Under the pieces are notes generated by a model that saw only the letters and a list, made by a program, of their open reading frames with translations, made no database searches and had not been told where the DNA came from. From the NCBI GenBank assembly GCA_028826165.1, contig JAPDFW010000056.1, forward strand, positions 186,001-250,000: a stretch of DNA of 64,000 nucleotides, given 5' to 3'. The stretch's first letter is position 1; every line of letters begins with the position of its first letter. Made by a program: the position numbers and the translations under genes. Positions 25,801 to 38,900 of the stretch are shown piece after piece. This stretch comes from Anaeramoeba ignava BMAN (Eukaryota; Protista; Anaeramoebae).

Positions 25801-28800
25801 TCAAGCAAAAGATGAAAATTCAAATAATTTAGAAACTTTATCTCAACTTTTTTCAGAAACAAAAAAATGGAGTGAAAGAAATTTGATTCTTTTATTGCTT
25901 ATTTATGATGAAACAGGTCAAATTTCATTTGATATCATTATTCAAGATCAAAACATGATGAATAAAATTTTTCCACGTGAAATTAAAGAACTTTTTGAAA
26001 GGAATAGCATTGGAATTAAACCAAACTTTTCAAATAAATTAGAACAAACTGCTGAAATTAATGATACATCTAGAATTTTATCTTCATTAAAACTTCATCC
26101 AAATAATGGTAGAATTTCACAACAATTAGAAAAAATTATAGATCTTCACAAGAAAACACAATTTGTGAAAAATATTAGAAATGATCTTACAAAAAGACTT
26201 AAAGAAGAACAAACAAGATATGTATTAACAGATGATAATATTTTAAAGATGCTTTTTATTCAAAACAAGTTAACTGCAGGTCTTCCTGTAATTTTATTAG
26301 GAGAAACTGGATGTGGAAAAACTGCATTAATTGAGTATTTAATTAAAGTTGTTATGCAAGAAAATTTGATAGTACATAATACTCATGGAGGAACAACAAG
26401 ACAAGATATAATCAAAACAATTCAAAAAGCAAATGAATTATTAGATGAATATAAGTTAACTTTTGTTAATATTTTCTTTGATGAATTTAATACAGCATCT
26501 AAAGATTGCATTATTTTATTAAAAGAAATTTTAATTGATAGATCTATTAATGGAAAACCTCTTTCTTCACGACTTAGATTATTAGGAGCAGCAAATCCTT
26601 ATAGACTTAGAATTAAATCAAATGAAAAAAAAGAAAATGAAAGAAAAAATAGAGGACATTTTGGTTATATTTATGATAATAATCAATATAATCACATTTA
26701 TTCTAAACATTCAAACTATAATTCTAATTTAGATTTAAATTATTATGGAGATGATGATTATGATGAAGAAAGTGAACTTTTCATAAATGAAGAACTTCAA
26801 TTTGATTATGGAGAAAGACAAGAAGAAATGAAAAGAAATAGACAAGCTGTATATCGAGTTCATCCTATTCCAGATTCTTTTCTTGATGATATTTATGATT
26901 ATGGAGAAATTATAGAAGATTTAGAAAAAAAATACATTAATAAAATGGTTTTTAGAACAATCAAAGAATTAAAAAAATCAAATCAAAACACAAATACAGC
27001 ATACTTTACTGAGAATGTAGTTGATAATTTTACAGAAATGATTAGTCTTGCTCACAAATTAACCAGAAGAAATTCAAGTGATAAAAAAAGTTCAGTTTCT
27101 TTAAGAGATGTATCAAAAACTCTCAGATTATTCAAATGGTTATTAGAAAATCAAGCAGGAAAAGCTCTTCTTTCTCCATTAGCTGATGGAGCTTCCAAAG
27201 TTGATTCTGCTATTTTATTATCTTTATTTGCTTGTTATGCAATTAGATTTATTGGAAAAAAAAGAGAAGATATTCTATTAAATTTCCAATCAAAATATTC
27301 TGATTTAAGAGTTTGGGGTAATCGAGTTCCTTCTATAAAAGATATTTTAAGTGTGATTGAAGAAAATTTAGTTGAAAAATTAGGAATTAAAGAACATGAT
27401 AATACAATAGCATTAAATGAAGCAATTAAAGAAAATTTATTATTAGTATTTATTTCTTGTTATTCTCATATCCCATTATTTATTGTTGGAAAACCAGGTA
27501 AATTTCCAAAAAAAGAAAGAAAAGAATTTATTATTTAATTAATAAATATTGATTTTTATTTTGATATTTATTTATATTTTTATTTAGGATCTTCTAAATC
27601 TCTTTCTATTGAAATTTTAATTGATATTTTAAGACCAGGAAATAAAAATGAGTTTATTCAAAAATGGAATTTACCAGGATTAAAACCTTTTTATATTCAA
27701 TGTTCTCCTGTTACAACATCAGAAGGAATTAAAAAAACATTTGATTCAGCAAGACATCATGCAAAAAGTATTAGTCAAACAGATATAATTCCTGTTGTAA
27801 TTTTGGATGAAGTTGCTTTAGCTGAATTAAGTCCTGATTTACCTTTAAAAGTTTTACATTCTGAACTTGAACATTCAGATAAAATAGATCTTAATCAAAA
27901 TTTAAATCAAAATCAAAATCAAAATCAAAATCAAAATGAAAATGAAAATGAAAATCAAAGACCAGTTTCTGTTCTTGCAATTTCTAATTGGCAATTAGAT
28001 CCAGCAAATACAAATAGAGCTATTTTACTTCGTAGACCAGAATTAAGCAAAGATGATCTTAAAAAAACTTCAAAATTATTACTTTCTTCTTCTTCTAATT
28101 ATAATAATAAATTTCAAGATTCTGAAACTCTTTCTCAAAAATTAACAAATTTATATTTAACTATTATTCAAGAACAAAATCAAAGAATTTCACAAATTAA
28201 TAAATCTAATAAAACAACAAAGAATGTTTCAAAAAGAAGTTATTTTGGATTAAGAGACTTTTATCATTTATTAAAAATGATTGCATTATCCAATTCAAAA
28301 TTTCACAAAGAATACACAGATCCAAAAATTATGTGGAATTTCATTTATCGTAATTTTGGATCTCGTCCTGATTTATTTGAAGATTTAATTCCAGAAATAT
28401 CTAAAATATTGAATATTTCTAAATTTGATTTAGAATCAAAACCAAAATCATATTCATTAATTAAACAAAACTTAAAAGGATATTTACTTCCAAAAGAAAA
28501 AGAAAAAGAAAAAGAAAAAAAATATGAATTAAATCAAAATGAAATTCATAAAACTTCAAGACATTTAATGATTATTTTGAATGATTTATCACAATTTCCT
28601 TTATTCATTTCACAAATTTCTAAGGAATGTATTGTATTATTTGGATCTTCGTTTTCAGAAGATAAGAAAATTTTTAGAATTTTAGAAAATATTGGAAAAG
28701 TTAAATTTGCAGTTTCATTAGGACAAACAGTTATTTTTTGCAATAATCAACAACTTTTTGAGCCATTATATGATCTTTTTGATCAGAAATATCAATCATC

Positions 28801-31800
28801 AGGAGATCAACTTTTTGCAAGAATTTCATTTGGAAATGATTCACAATATATTCCTGTTAATCCAGAATTCAGAGCTATTGTTATCACAACCAAAAAAAGA
28901 GCATATGGATTTGAATCACCAGCTATTTTGAATAGATTTGAAAAACAACTTTTAATTCCAATGGATTTTATTAAAAATGATGATATTAAAAACTTTATAA
29001 AAATGCAAGAAGAATATTTACAACTTATAGAAACAAAAACAAAAAAATTAATTAGATTTGATACATTGATTTCGAATTATAATGATGATTTATTTTCAAC
29101 TCTTGGAGTTAAAATGCAAAAATCTTTCAAAAAATTAAACAACAATAACAATAACAATAAAAATGAAAATGAAAATCAAAATCAAAATCAAAATCAAAAT
29201 CAAAATGAAATTGAAAATGAAAATGAAAATGAAATTGAAAATGAAAATGAAATTGAAAATGAAAATGAAATTGAAAATGAAAATGAAATTGAAATTGGAA
29301 TTGAAAATGAAATTGAAATTGAAAATGAAATTGGAATTGAAAATGAAATTGAAAATGAAAATGAAATTGGAAATGAAATTGAAAATGAAATTGAAAATGA
29401 AAATGAAATTGAAATTGAAAATGAAATTGAAAATGAAATCGGAAATGAAAATTCATGGAAACCTTTGGAAAAAGATTGGACAAAATATTGGCTTAGATTA
29501 TGTAAAGTTGATAAAATTATTGAATTAAAAAATTATTTAGCAAAACAAAAAGATGAAGATAAAGATGGAGATGAATATGATTATAATTCAGAAAAATTAG
29601 AATTTTTATGTGATGAATATCTTAATTCTTTTCACCAAAGTTTAAATGATTTATTGGATAAGGAAATTATTCCAAAAAAAATCCAAAATTCAATTATTTT
29701 TACACTTTCACCAGAATTCCAAAAATTTGAAATTGATCAAAGTTATGAATGTGAATGTGAATCAATAAATCTTAATAATTTTGAAACTGATAAAAAATTA
29801 AAACAACATTTATCAAATAATTGGTTTCAAAAAAACCTTAAATCATCTGATAAGAAAAAACATATTTTATTACTTTATTTTAATCCAAATTACTTACAAT
29901 CAGAAGTTTTTTATCAAACAAAATACCTTATTGAAACTGAAATTAAAAATTTTCTTAAACAAAAAGATCAACAAAAAGAACAAGAACAAGAATTTTATGT
30001 TATTTTTATTGTGTATCTTTCATCACATACATTCAAAACTGATTTTTCATTTTGTTTTGAAGAATTTTGGGAATATTTTTATGTTGAAGAAATTTCACCA
30101 ATTCTTAAATTTAATTTCATAAAAAAAACTGAAAGTGAAGATATTTCAATTTTTGATTTTCTGTTTAGATATGAAGAAAATTCTATTCGCAAAACACTTA
30201 AAGATATTATTGGATTTTCTCTTTCTCAATTTTTAGATCCAACCAAAGAGTTATACATTTATTCATTAGAAAAATTAATTAAGGAAATTGATGAAGATGA
30301 ATTTTTTAAAATTATTTCCAACACATTGCTTAGAATGACTAAAAAAGGAATACTTGAAAAAAACAAACTCTATGAATGGAATTTAAATTCAATAATTCAA
30401 GAAGAATGGAAAAAAGAAGGAAAACAACAATCTTTCAATTCATTCCTTTCTCAACTTTTTACAACAAAAATGATTGAAATATTTTCTATTTTCCTGAAAA
30501 GTGTTTGTCGGAACAATAATTTGAAGCTTTATTATTCTGAGAATAAATATATTAAAGAAAAATGGATTGAAATTGCTAATGAAATTACATTGCCTTGTTC
30601 AATTATTCCTGAATCAAATATTGAATACAAAGAATCAAAATTCCCATTTTTCTTTGATATTTATTCATTAATTCAACAAAACACAATATCTAATCAAGAA
30701 AATGAAAATTTGAAAACAATTCTAGAAAAAATAAGTGATAATGAAGGTTTACTTAATATATATGTGGAAGATTTCCAAAATTCAGCATTATCTTCTGAAG
30801 AAAGAGATTTTGTGAAAAAACTTAAAATTAATATTTTGGATCTTATTAAATCAAAATTAGAAGAAAATGAATCATTAGATATATTCAAAATTCATAAAAT
30901 TTATTTCTCTTCAATACAAAAATTATTGAAAAATATTCGAATAATTTGGAATGAAATGGAATTAATCTTTAAAGAGAAATTATTAATAGAATATCAAAAA
31001 ATTGAACAATTTTCAATTGAAGAATTTATTTCCTATTGTTTTTCATTAATTGAAAAATCTTTGGATAATCTAGAAAAATTTGATGAATTTATTCCAAAAG
31101 TTGAAATTCAATTCAAAGAATTAATTATTAATTTAAAAGAAGAAGAAGAAATTTTAGGTTTAATACATGAATGGTATTTTATTTTATTCAAAATGCATAC
31201 TCTTAATTTATTAACAAATTTAAAATCTAAGAGAATTGAAGAATTTTCAAAAAATTTTAGTTTTGATAAATTTCGTGAAAATAATTTAACAGAATCTATT
31301 GTTATTCCAATTTGGAATTCAATCAAAAAAGAAATATTTAATAAAACAAAGGAATGGATTTCAAGTAATTTTAATAATTTAAAAGAGATGGAAAGTTTAA
31401 TTTTAGAAAATAATGAAGATTTATTTATTTGGTCTTGCAATAAGGATAATAAAAAATATAATGAAAGAATTTTTAACAAAGAACAGAAAGAACAAAAAGA
31501 GAAAGAACAACAACAGAAAGAACAAAAAGAGAAAGAACAACAAGAGAAAGAACAAAAAGAGAAAGAACAACAAGAAAAAGAACAAAAAGAGAAAGAACAA
31601 AAAGAAAAAGAACAACAAGAAAAAGAACAAAAAGAAAAAGAACAAAAAGAAAAAGAACAACAAGAAAAAGAACAAAAAGAAAAAGAACAAAAACAGAAAG
31701 AACAAAAAGAAAAAGAAGATCAAAAAGATAAAGAAGATCAAAAAGAAGATCAAAAAGATAAAGAACAAAAAGAAGATCAAAAAGATAAAGAAGATCAAAA

Positions 31801-34800
31801 AGAAAAAGAAGATCAAAAAGAAGATCAAAAAGAAAAAGAACAAAAAGATAAAGAAGATCAAAAAGAAAAAGAAACAAAAAAAAAAAGAACAAAAAGAAAA
31901 AGAACAAAATGAAAAAGAACAAAAAGATAAAGAACAAAAAGAAAAAGAACAAAATGAAAAAGAAGATCAAAAAGAAGAAGATCAAAAAGAAAAAGAAAAA
32001 AAGAAGATAATATGCTTTAATTGTAACGAAGAGATTATTGATAAACCACATTTTAAATTATTGAAAGAGAAAAAATCAGTTCAAAAACATAAAATTATTA
32101 TTCAAAAATTAATGAAAGAAGCAATACCATTTTTTGAATTTATTGGAACTATGATTTTTGATTTATTAAAATTTAGATATGAATATGGTTCTGATTTGAT
32201 AAAATCTGAAGGAAACATAAGTGGATTTTTAAATCTTATTATTGAAGATGAATACAATAATTTTTTGTTAAGAATTAAACAAAGTAACAAAGAATTTTAT
32301 AATCCAGTTCTAAAACAATTTTTTGAAAATGTATTCTCTTTGGAATATCCTAAATTTGAAAATGATTTGAATACTGAAATGAAACAATTAATAAAGAAAA
32401 TTAATTCAAGAAACATTCAAGAAAATTTATATAATTGGATTCCCTTTTATTATTTGAGAGTAAAAGAATCTCAAAACAATGATTTTAATAGATTCACAAA
32501 TTTTGATAAGATATTTAATAATTTTAATCAAATCCAAATTCAAAATCAAAATCAAAATGAAGATGATGATGAAGATGATGAAGATGAAGATGAAAATGAA
32601 AATGAAATCGAAAATGAAAATGAAAATGAAAATGAAAATCAAAATCAAAATCAAAATCAAAATCAAATCGAAAATCAAAATCAAAATGAAAATGAAAATG
32701 AAAATGAAAATCAAAATCAAAATGAAAATCAAAATCAAATTGAAAATGAAATCGAAAATGAAAATGAAAATCAAAATCAAAATCAAAATGAAAATCAAAA
32801 TCAAAATCAAATTAAAATTCAAAGATTTATTGATATAATTAAAAATTTCAAAATTAAAAAATTGGAACAATTAGAAGATATAATTGAAAATAGAAATGAA
32901 ATATTGCCAAATATTTATAATTTCATTTCATTGATAGAAAAAGGAAGTGATTCATTTGAAGAAGTAAAATTTTTGATTTTTTTCATTTTTGAAGAAATTT
33001 ATAAAAAATATGGAGTTTATTTATTAAATAATGTAATTCAATCTTTCAAAAGAATTAAAATTCCATCAATTTCAGAATTCAAACAAATGATTTTATCAAG
33101 CAAAAATTTATTGAACATTTCTTCTCAAGATACAACTTTATTCAAATCTCAACTTGAAAACAATCTTCAAAACATAGATATTAATAATTTAAATTGGGAT
33201 TCACAAAATATTTTGAACTTTTTAATTGATAAAAAACAACAAATTTTTGAATTTATTAAATCAAATCAAATTCAAAATATGATGTTAAACACAATAGAAA
33301 TATTTACTCAACAAAAAATTGAACCTATTAATGAAACTTTGAAATTTATTAATTCAATAGGAAATATCAAACGGAAAGAAATATATTCAGTTTATTGGCC
33401 AACAATGGAAAGTGTTTATATTGATACAGAAACATTAAAAAACTTTAAAAATTGGTTATATTGTGAGAATTATCATTTAATTGAAACAACAAAAATTAAA
33501 GATGGAAAATGTCCAATTTGCAAAAAAAAGTTACAAAAAAAGAAAATTGATAATCCAAATCAATTAAAAGATTTGATATCATATTTTATTAGTTCAGAAT
33601 TAATTGATAATCCAATTTTCACTGTTAGAAAATTAAATCCAATTTCATTTAGAATTATTAAATTGATTATTCATTTATCACTTCTTCCTTTTTCAATCTT
33701 TCCAAATTCAGAAAAAAGATTAAACAGATTTATCATTCAAAATTATCAAAATGAAAATTCAAAAGAAGAAATGAAAGAAATTCTTTTAAAACATATTCGA
33801 AATGATTTTGGGATGTTATCAAAATTATTGGAGCTTCCATTTGAAAGTGTAGAAATTTATTATCATCTATTTCTTTCTAAATTATCTAAAGAATTAAAAG
33901 GAAATCAGCATAGATATCACAAATTCAAAAACTTTGATAATTTCAAAAATAAAACAACAAGAGATTCATTTGAAGAAATTATTTGTGATTTACAAGAAAG
34001 ATATCATAACAAAATAATGCAAAAATTAAGAACAAATTTATTTGAAGAAAGTGATTTAATTAAAGAAATCAAAATATATTCTATTGAAAAACCTTGGATC
34101 TTTTATAATTTTGAAGAATATAACATTTTCCAGCATATCAAGTTAATAACTCAAAAACCAAAAAAAGAACAAAACAAATCCTCAATTAACTTCTTTCTTC
34201 AAAATTGGAAAGAGTTGAATATTCTTCACTACTTCCCACAATTTCTTTCATTTACAAGTATTATTTTTGATAAATTACTAGGAAATATCAATCAAAACAA
34301 TGCAAAAGAAAAAACTATTAAAAAATTTTTAGACGAACAAACAAAAGATACAGAAGAAAAAATGAATAATATGTATCAAGTATTTGCTAAATTTTGGGAT
34401 TTATGTTGGAGAGAAATGAAGCATTTAACAACAAATTATTCATTAATATTTAGTGATTCCAAAGATTTATTGATGAATTCAACAAAATCAATTGATTATT
34501 TGTTACCTGGAAATGATAATCAACATTCATTTATTAAAATTTTGATTAATTTTGGAATTTCACTTAATAATGATATGATTAATAAATTAGATGATTTTAT
34601 GAAATTAAAAGGAAATAACTCAACAAAATCAAAAAAGAAAAATTGAAGAATTAACAATGAGTTTTCCTATTGTTGATTATTTAATCAAAACAATTCCAGA
34701 AATTTATGATTTTGAGAATATTTACAAAGATTTAAATCAAAAAATTTTCAATGAAGAATGCTTTAATCAAATTGAAAGAAAATTTGAAATGAGATTAGAA

Positions 34801-35547
34801 AGATTATACAAAGATTTAAAACCTTTTAAAATTGAAGTTTCTAATTTTGTTTATTCAGATTCAGATCTAGAATTTAGAAGAGAAATTGAAGAAGATTTCA
34901 AATTTAAAGAACAAGGATTAAATCTTAGAGAATGCAATCAAATGCTAGATGAAATTGATAAAAAATCACAAACACAAAATTGCAAGTTTCTTCTTGATCA
35001 AATTTATAAATTACTTCAAAAGAAATATTCAGAAATGTTAACAAATGAATATTTAGAAACAACCATTTATAATTTTGCAAAAGAAAAAGTTAAAAATGAT
35101 TTAATTGATGGAATTGTTGATGCTTCACCAAATTTCAAAACAATTCCAAAATTAAAAAATGTTCCATTTTTACAAAAAGAAATTCAAGAACGTTTAATTG
35201 ATCCATTTGAAAATATTCCAACAATATTTAAGAAAAAATTATTAAAAATGGATGGAATTCTTTCAGAAGCATTTTCTAAAATTAATAGTTCAAAATTATT
35301 TAATTTATTCAAAGTTATTATTGAGCATTTAAAAGATAAAAACCAAAATCAAAATCAAAATCAAAATAATATTCCAGAATTTGGAAATCTTAAAGAATAT
35401 TTGATTGATTTTGCAATTGATAAAGATCAAAATCAAAATCAATTAGCTCAACAAATTAGGGATTATTTCCCATCAAATTTACAAATGGAAAATTTTATTG
35501 AAGTTTTCAAGTTATTAAACAATTTTATTCGATCAAGAAACAATTAA
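19835..35547 (+). CDS. Giant (~5200 aa) RNF213/mysterin-like dynein-related AAA+ ATPase, putative E3 ligase; one intron 27498-27587; apparent frameshifts at ~31880 and ~34640
   Basis: RNF213-type motifs in the expected order: TSELAGCGKT, YVLTDDNILKM..GLPVILLGETGCGKT, HGGTT, FFDEFNT, AANPYR, VYRVHPIP, SVSLRDV, IPLFIVGKPG|SSKSLS (Walker A restored by splicing), QCSP.TTSEGI, LDEVALAE.SP.LPLKVLH, ISNWQLDPA..NRA, FGLRDFY, FGSSF..D, LNRFEKQ, RKLNPISFRIIKLIIH. Confidence 0.85.
19850..20280 (+). repeat. Coding tandem repeat (QTNQKQK / QTNQRRE units) at the N-terminus of the RNF213-like protein
   Basis: Roughly 21-bp units built on CAAACAAATCAA. Confidence 0.85.
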
Positions 35548-35968
35548 TTTTCCAATTCTTTTTTCAATTCTTTTTTTTTCAATTCTTTTTTTTTTCAATT
35601 CTTTTTTTTCAATTCTTTTTTTTTCAATTCAAAATTTAATAAAATAAAAAATAAAAATAAAATATTTTTTTGTTCCATTTTTTTTGTTCCACTTTTTGTT
35701 TTTAATTTTAATTTTTTTGTTACTTTAATTTGTTTTTAATTTGTTTTTAAATTTGTTTTTAAATTTGTTTTGTTTTATAAAAATAATTTTGTTTTAATTT
35801 TAAAATGTTTTAAAAATTTGTTTTTAATTTTGTTTTAAATTTGTTTTTAATTCTTTAGTTTAAATTTGTTTTTAATTTGTTTTTAATTTGTTTTTAAAAA
35901 TTGTTTTTAATTTGTTTTTAATTTATAAAAATAATTTTTGTTTTAATTTTAAATGTTTTAAATTAATT

Positions 35969-38900
35969 TTATTTTTCTTGTTTTAATAAATGAAAAGAAG
36001 CAACTCTTTCTAATTGATGAACAAGATCATCAAAATGATTTGCACAAGCTAATTCATATTGAAATTGTTGATCATCCATATTTGTAAGAAATATTTTCAT
36101 TCTTTCCTCAAGACCAGATGATTTTGGATAAGAATTATAAAATGTAACAACTTGATCATACAACTCCTTATCATGATGAAAAATCTGGAAAAAATTAAAC
36201 AAATAACCCCAATTTTGTTTTAAAAGAACTTGAGAAAATAAAATTTCTGACCAAATTTCAAATTGATTGAAATTCAATGTTTCAACAATTTCAAGCGCAT
36301 GGAAAAAATTGGGAACAGAAAGAAGCACTGGATAGAGCATTTCTCTTTTGACATTCTTTATTCTTATCATCCCAAGAATATTTAGATTGGGATACTGTGA
36401 TTGAACCACAATGAAAATTAAAAAGGAGAAGCAAGTTATAATTTTCTGGAATTGCTTGCTTTTTTCAAATTCATGAATTGCGTTGTATAAATACTGTCCG
36501 GATTGATTCAGTTCTCGGAAATTCTTTTTGATTATCTGAAAATTTGTTTTGTGATCTTTAATTGATAATTGACTGGCAATTTCGTTAATTTTGGAAAGTG
36601 CGTTTTCCATCAAGAAATTTCCAAGTTCGTTCCACATATCAAAACTGCAATAATAAAGAACTAGTTTCTCTTCATCTGATGGACAATTTTTCTTCAAAAA
36701 ATGAAAGAGCGAATTTTTGATATGGTCGTATTCTTCTGTATCTGAAATTTCCACAAGAATTGCGTCCAATCTGTTTTGTTGGAAAAGAAATTCCAGCATA
36801 AATTCAACCTGTTTTTGATCCCGAATGTGAATAATCAATCGGGACAATAGATTCAACTTTCCTGCTTGGAAATATTGAGGCGCTCTTTCATGGACGAAGT
36901 TGTATATTTTATCAAATCCTCTTGGATCAAAAGAGATTTGGAAGCATTTATACGATGCAATAATAAGCTCGATATCCAATTCGTCTTTGTTTGTGGTTGG
37001 CTTCTTTTTGTCTTTCGCGAAATCGAAAAGGAGATTGCCAATCGAAATTGGATCTTGTGAAAGATTAACTATTTTTTCGAATCCCTTTTTGTTTTCCAAA
37101 ACGGACAAGATTCCTTGGAAAATATCCAGAGACTCAACCTCTTTTTTCTCATTGAAACTTGGTGATTTTTCAAAGGTTTGATCAGAGGAAATCACTATAT
37201 TCTCGATACTCATGAATTTGGAAATGGAAAATTTGGTTGCATTTACTGCAGAATGCTTTGTTTTTTTCTCAATTTTCCAAGATAAAGTTTCATACAAAAG
37301 AGTTGCTGTAATTTCAGGCAATTTTTCTTTGAGCTCTTTTTTATGGAAAGCGATAAACTGCCGAATTGTTTGCAAGGCTTCATGTCCATATCCAAAAAGA
37401 TGTTTCAACGCTTCTTGTGGATTATCTTCCACAAATGAAATTTCTTTGAAAATTAACTGAGATATTTTATAGTCGAAAATGTACTTTCCAAATGTTTTTT
37501 TGATTGTTTCATTTTTCAAAGATAGTTCTTTTAAAACATCAATTCTTTGTTCTATTGTTGTCAAATTAGAAATTTGAATATTTTGTGTTTCTTGAGTAAA
37601 AAATTCGCGAATTTGACTGATTGTGATTTGCTCATTTGACGCAATTTGTTTGCATATTTTCATCTGTAGAATTTGATGAGGTCTGTATTGGTATTCCTCT
37701 GCTATTTTTTGTGCTTTATCCACAAGTTCGTGGTTGAGTAAATGGTCGAAAACTTGGTCTAGAATCTTTTTTTCCTCTTCATTCACTTTTCTTGTTTCTT
37801 TCTGAATAATGTTCTGTTCTGATTTATCATTTTCCAATTGAGTTAATTGAATGAATTCTTGTGTATATTGAGGCAGCCAAATAAGAAGCATTTCGGGAAT
37901 TTTTTGGTGATTTTGCAAAATTAGAGCTTGTGCAATATCTCTGTTTGCTTTGAGGTTTCTTCTTCTCCAAATAATTCTTTCTATTAAATTTTCTTTTTTC
38001 TGAACAAAATGAATTGAATATTTGATTAACTCAAATAATCTGAAAGAAAGATTTCGTTGCAATATTTCCTTGCTATATACATCATTGTTTGCGATGATAT
38101 GCTTGAAACTATGCCATTTTTCATTAACATGTTCTTGCATTGCTCCCACAACAATTTTCTGTAATTTTCCCTTTTCCAGAATCCAGTTTTTAGTGTATTC
38201 TGGATTGCTTTTTCAATCTGAATTAGAATCACTCTGAAATATGGGATTTTACATTCTTTGCAAAATCTTTTTGCATGCGAAAATTTGTTTTGGTTGATCA
38301 TTAAAACCAAATTTATTTCGTGATTGTTCAAAATATTGAGTTGTGGGATTTCATTGTGAATTTCTTGGAAAATATCCAAAATTCTTTTGAGGAAATGATA
38401 TTTCTCATTTTCACTACATTTTGTAACTAAATCCAAAAATATTTTTGTTTGAAAATTGTTTGAGCCAAGAAATTTTTCAATGCACTTTTGCTGGAAAATC
38501 TTTTCCCAGTGTATTTTCTCTTCAATATTATCCTCGTTTTGCAAAGAAACCTTTCTCAAATACTTTTCTGAAAGAGAATAGTGTCCATTCGAGAAATGAT
38601 GAACAAAATGAAGAAAATTTATAAGATGAAGATTTTCTGGATAAAAGATTTGCATAGATTTGATCACAACAAATAATTGGTGATTTTCAGTCAAATGGAA
38701 AAGAAAAGATGCAAAGTGCTCCTTGTTTTTTACAATTAGTTTTATAATATCGACCCAATCTTTTTGTGCTAATTTTTCATTTTTGCTGTTAAATACATCT
38801 GTATTTTCAATTACGAATTTCTCAAAAGAATTTTTTGTGGATTTCTGAAGAGAGAATAAAACAAATCAAACAAAGGAAAATGTCATCATCATAACTATTG

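Noticed and set aside
19650-32870. Overlapping antisense and alternative-frame ORFs rich in F/L/I or K/M
   Set aside because: Shadow frames of low-complexity coding repeats (QTNQ, KE, NQ/NE) within the RNF213-like gene.
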